This document shows positions 61,119-64,000 of a stretch of 64,000 nt of DNA, piece by piece. Position 1 is the stretch's first letter, and each line of letters opens with the position of its first letter. The DNA is from Hyphomicrobiaceae bacterium. GTDB taxonomy: Bacteria > Pseudomonadota > Alphaproteobacteria > Rhizobiales > Aestuariivirgaceae. The stretch spans positions 4,254 to 68,253 of the forward strand of contig OMIC01000032.1 in assembly GCA_900298995.1 (NCBI GenBank), given 5' to 3'. A model generated the notes under the pieces. The model ran no database searches. It saw only the letters and a list, made by a program, of their open reading frames with translations, and was not told where the DNA came from. A program made the position numbers and the translations under genes.

Positions 61119-61449
61119 TCACGATCATCACCACCATAATCACCATGGCGAGATGCACCCACACCAGCTGGAGCCGCCGCACGAGGTCTTTCATGATCCC
61201 AAGGCCGGTGAAGTAGCGCGCGCCTGGATCACCAACGGTGGGTTGAGCCTTTCGCTGCATGCCATGGCCTTCGGAAAGCCCGAGATCTGGGGACATGTGC
61301 TGGCCGGCATGGCCCAGCAGGTGGCGGCCGCCTGCGCCGAAATGGGCCACGGCAATGCCTCAGAGAATTTCGCGGCGATCCGCAAGGTTCTGAACGAGGA
61401 TCTCAACAAGGTGGCGGCCCAGCTCTCGCCGCTCGCCGCAAAGAGCTGA
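61111..61449 (+). CDS. DUF5076-like small protein with His-rich N-terminus
   Basis: 112 aa. The ATG at 61111 overlaps the pdhB 3' end by 8 nt. The N-terminus is [18 protein letters not shown]. The core ...[36 protein letters not shown] resembles DUF5076 as I recall it. Confidence 0.65.
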   Translation: MSDHDHHHHNHHGEMHPHQLEPPHEVFHDPKAGEVARAWITNGGLSLSLHAMAFGKPEIWGHVLAGMAQQVAAACAEMGHGNASENFAAIRKVLNEDLNKVAAQLSPLAAKS

Positions 61450-61487
61450 GAACCGCCCGACTCCACGACCATTGGGGAAGTCCGACA

Positions 61488-62783
61488 ATGCCTGTGAATG
61501 TACTGATGCCTGCGCTCTCGCCCACGATGGAAAAGGGCAAGCTTGCGAAATGGCTCAAGAAAGAGGGCGACCAAGTCAAGTCAGGCGACGTGCTGGCTGA
61601 GATCGAGACGGACAAGGCCACAATGGAAGTGGAGGCCGTGGACGAGGGCACAATCGGCAAGCTGCTGGTGGCCGCAGGAACAGAGGATGTCGCGGTCAAT
61701 ACACCGATCGCGGTGATACTGGGCGAAGGGGAAAAGATGGGGGATTCGCCCACCCCCGCCGCGAAACCCGCTGCAACGGGTCCTGCTGCACCCGCTCCCG
61801 CATCGGTACCGCCAACTCCAGCGCCTTCGGCACCTGTTCCTGCCGCGTCAGTGAAGGCTGAGGGCAGCCGCGTTTTCGCCTCTCCTCTGGCCCGCCGGGT
61901 GGCAAAGCAGAAGGGCATCGACATCGCTGCTGTGTCTGGTTCGGGTCCGCATGGCCGCATTGTGCTGAAGGATGTGGACGGCACAAGGCCAGGCGCCGCC
62001 CCCACGACTGGCGCGCCGAGAGCCGTGGCGCCCATGGCAGCACCCACGGATGAGTCGGTTCTGAAACTCTTTGCAGAGGGCAGTTACGACCTCGTGCCGC
62101 ATGACTCCATGCGCAAGGTCATTGCGCGCCGCCTCACCGAGTCCAAGCAGACCATTCCGCATTTCTATGTGTCGGTCGATGTGACGCTCGACCACCTTCT
62201 GGACGTTCGCGAGCGCCTCAACCTTCAGGCCCCGAAGGACAAGGACGGCAAGCCCCTCTGGAAGATCTCCGTCAATGACTTCATCATCAAGGCCATGGCC
62301 ATGGCCCTGATCAAGGTTCCCGATGCCAACGTGTCCTGGACCGAGAATGCCATGGTGAAACACAAGCACGCAGACATTGGAGTGGCTGTCTCAATCCCAG
62401 GTGGTCTCATAACGCCGGTGGTGCGCAAGGCCGAAGCCAAGGGTCTGGCGCAGATCTCCAGTGAGATGAGGGACTATGCGGCCCGGGCCCGCACCCGGAA
62501 GCTCAGGCCCGAGGAATACACCGGAGGTTCCGCTGCGGTGTCCAACATGGGCATGCTGAACGTCAAGAATTTCGCTGCCATCGTCAACCCGCCTCATGCC
62601 TCGATCCTGGCCATCGGCACGGGGGAACGCCGCCCTGTGGTGCGCGGCAACGACATTGTGATCGAGCAACAGATGACCATCACGCTCTCGACCGATCACC
62701 GCTGCATAGACGGAGCGCTGGGTGCCGAGTTCATAGGCGCGATAAAGGCCTTTCTTGAAGAACCCGGCCTTATGCTGGTGTGA
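61488..62783 (+). CDS. pdhC: Pyruvate dehydrogenase complex dihydrolipoamide acetyltransferase (E2)
   Basis: 431 aa. It contains a lipoyl domain, an A/P linker, a subunit-binding domain ([16 protein letters not shown]) and a catalytic domain with DHRCIDGA. Confidence 0.96.
   Translation: MPVNVLMPALSPTMEKGKLAKWLKKEGDQVKSGDVLAEIETDKATMEVEAVDEGTIGKLLVAAGTEDVAVNTPIAVILGEGEKMGDSPTPAAKPAATGPAAPAPASVPPTPAPSAPVPAASVKAEGSRVFASPLARRVAKQKGIDIAAVSGSGPHGRIVLKDVDGTRPGAAPTTGAPRAVAPMAAPTDESVLKLFAEGSYDLVPHDSMRKVIARRLTESKQTIPHFYVSVDVTLDHLLDVRERLNLQAPKDKDGKPLWKISVNDFIIKAMAMALIKVPDANVSWTENAMVKHKHADIGVAVSIPGGLITPVVRKAEAKGLAQISSEMRDYAARARTRKLRPEEYTGGSAAVSNMGMLNVKNFAAIVNPPHASILAIGTGERRPVVRGNDIVIEQQMTITLSTDHRCIDGALGAEFIGAIKAFLEEPGLMLV
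61503..61718 (+). repeat. Lipoyl-domain coding module, copy 2 (in pdhC)
   Basis: See copy 1 at 59796..60011. Confidence 0.8.
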
Positions 62784-62791
62784 GGCAAGAC

Positions 62792-63430
62792 ATGAAGACA
62801 ATTCTTGCTTTCGGCGACTCGCTTACCTGGGGTTTCATCGCAGGGAGTTGGGAGCGCCACCCTCACGAGGTGCGCTGGCCCAATGCACTGGCGGCAGCGC
62901 TCAACGGCAAGGCTCGGGTCATCGAGGAGGGCCACAACGGCCGCACGACGGTATTCGACGATCCCACATGCTTCGATGACCGCAATGGTTCGAGAGCGCT
63001 GCCGGTGCTGCTGTCTACCCACCAGCCGCTCGATCTCGTGATCATCATGCTTGGCACCAACGACATCAAGTTTGCAAACCGCTGCCGTGCCTTTGATGCC
63101 TCGATGGGCGTCGCGCGCCTCATTGAGATCGTACAGAAGTTCTCATTCCTTCCAGCCTTCAAGACCCCTGAGATCCTGATCATGTCGCCGCCCGCTCTGG
63201 TTCCCACGAACGATGAGTGGTTCAACGACTTGTGGGGCCACGCACTCGAGGAATCGAAACTCTTCGCCAAACACTATGCGAACGTTGCGAAGGAGGGCGG
63301 TGTGCATTTCTTCGATGCGGGCACCGTGGCGACCGCCGACCGCACGGATGGCGGCCACCTCGATGCCGTGAACACCAAGGCGATCGGGACGGCTCTGGCG
63401 CCGGTGGTGAAGGGGATACTGGGCATTTGA
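62792..63430 (+). CDS. SGNH/GDSL hydrolase family protein (arylesterase-like)
   Basis: 212 aa from the ATG at 62792. Block I is FGDSLTWG, block III is MLGTNDIK and block V is DGGHLD. Confidence 0.88.
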   Translation: MKTILAFGDSLTWGFIAGSWERHPHEVRWPNALAAALNGKARVIEEGHNGRTTVFDDPTCFDDRNGSRALPVLLSTHQPLDLVIIMLGTNDIKFANRCRAFDASMGVARLIEIVQKFSFLPAFKTPEILIMSPPALVPTNDEWFNDLWGHALEESKLFAKHYANVAKEGGVHFFDAGTVATADRTDGGHLDAVNTKAIGTALAPVVKGILGI

Positions 63431-63573
63431 AGATGAACCTCCGCTTCAAAGCAATCTCCCTCATTCCGGCGAAAGCCGGTTCCCCGCTTTGGGCGCCAGG
63501 AGCTGGGCCCGTGCTTTCGCCCGTGTGACGGCTCCATTTCTTCAGACGGACGATCAGACAAGGACCGCGACGA

Positions 63574-64000
63574 ATGGCAGACACCAACTTCGACATCATC
63601 ATCATCGGCGGCGGGCCCGGGGGCTATGTGGCAGCGATCCGGGCGGCGCAGCTGGGCTTCAAGACAGCCGTGGTGGAGCGGGAACATCTGGGTGGCATCT
63701 GCCTCAACTGGGGTTGCATTCCAACCAAGGCCCTGCTGCGCTCGGCTGAGATCTATCACTACATGCAGCACGCGAAGAGCTACGGATTGTCAGCCGACAA
63801 TGTCAGCTTCGATCCGGCCGCCGTCGTGCAGCGCTCGCGGGGCGTGTCCGGCCGTCTCAACGGCGGTGTCACCATGCTGCTGAAGAAGAACAAGGTCAGC
63901 GTCATCTGGGGCGAGGCGAAACTTACAAAGGCAAACGAGATCGTTGTTTCTGCACCGGCGAAGCAAGCGGTGCAGCCCCAGCACCCGGAGCCGAAGGACA
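63574..64000 (+). CDS. lpdA: Dihydrolipoyl dehydrogenase (E3), 3' end outside the window
   Basis: This ORF is not in the supplied track because there is no stop within the window. My translation from the ATG at 63574 is MADTNFDIIIIGGGPGGYVAAIRAAQLGFKTAVVEREHLGGICLNWGCIPTKALL..., with the redox-active CLNWGC disulfide. Confidence 0.93.
   Translation, partial: MADTNFDIIIIGGGPGGYVAAIRAAQLGFKTAVVEREHLGGICLNWGCIPTKALLRSAEIYHYMQHAKSYGLSADNVSFDPAAVVQRSRGVSGRLNGGVTMLLKKNKVSVIWGEAKLTKANEIVVSAPAKQAVQPQHPEPKD

Overview
Dense, high-GC chromosomal segment (about 63-65% GC in the 60-nt lines I hand-counted). Gene content and order look alphaproteobacterial, Hyphomicrobiales/Rhizobiales-like. I call about 60 protein-coding genes, almost all core housekeeping. 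In order: rpoB (5' partial)-rpoC; a LysE exporter; a ridA-GDPD-DUF482-HIT operon; a DUF1849(EipB-like)-VWA-J-domain operon; a SPOR-fused DD-carboxypeptidase; phasin; xthA; erpA; dgt; argS-SPOR-nagZ-scpA-scpB; rpmG-NUDIX-DUF983-rnr; topA; a roughly 10-kb sulfur/transport block (CDF, MFS, rhodanese-GST, TauE-cysH-DUF934-cysI-DUF2849-cysG-like, XRE/cupin regulator); dprA-plsY-pyrC'-pyrB-AEC-ruvX; gatCA; peroxiredoxin; a dimethylglycine-dehydrogenase-like enzyme; rhodanese-metZ; Rrf2; ftsB-pdhA-pdhB-DUF5076-pdhC-SGNH-lpdA (3' partial). I see no tRNA, rRNA, CRISPR array, transposase, integrase or phage genes. Many ORFs in the supplied track are N-terminally over-extended or are antisense ORFs typical of GC-rich DNA, so I re-set starts by reading the start codon and RBS context. 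I found no unambiguous novel system. The most interesting items are conserved modules of unknown function: the translationally coupled sulfite-reduction operon with two DUF genes and a vestigial CysG methylase domain, the EipB-VWA-J-protein operon, a CDF transporter with three tandem cytoplasmic domains, a PyrC'-type pseudo-dihydroorotase, a His-rich DUF5076 gene inside the PDH operon, and several repeated or palindromic candidate operators. All family assignments rest on motif recognition by eye, not on database searches.
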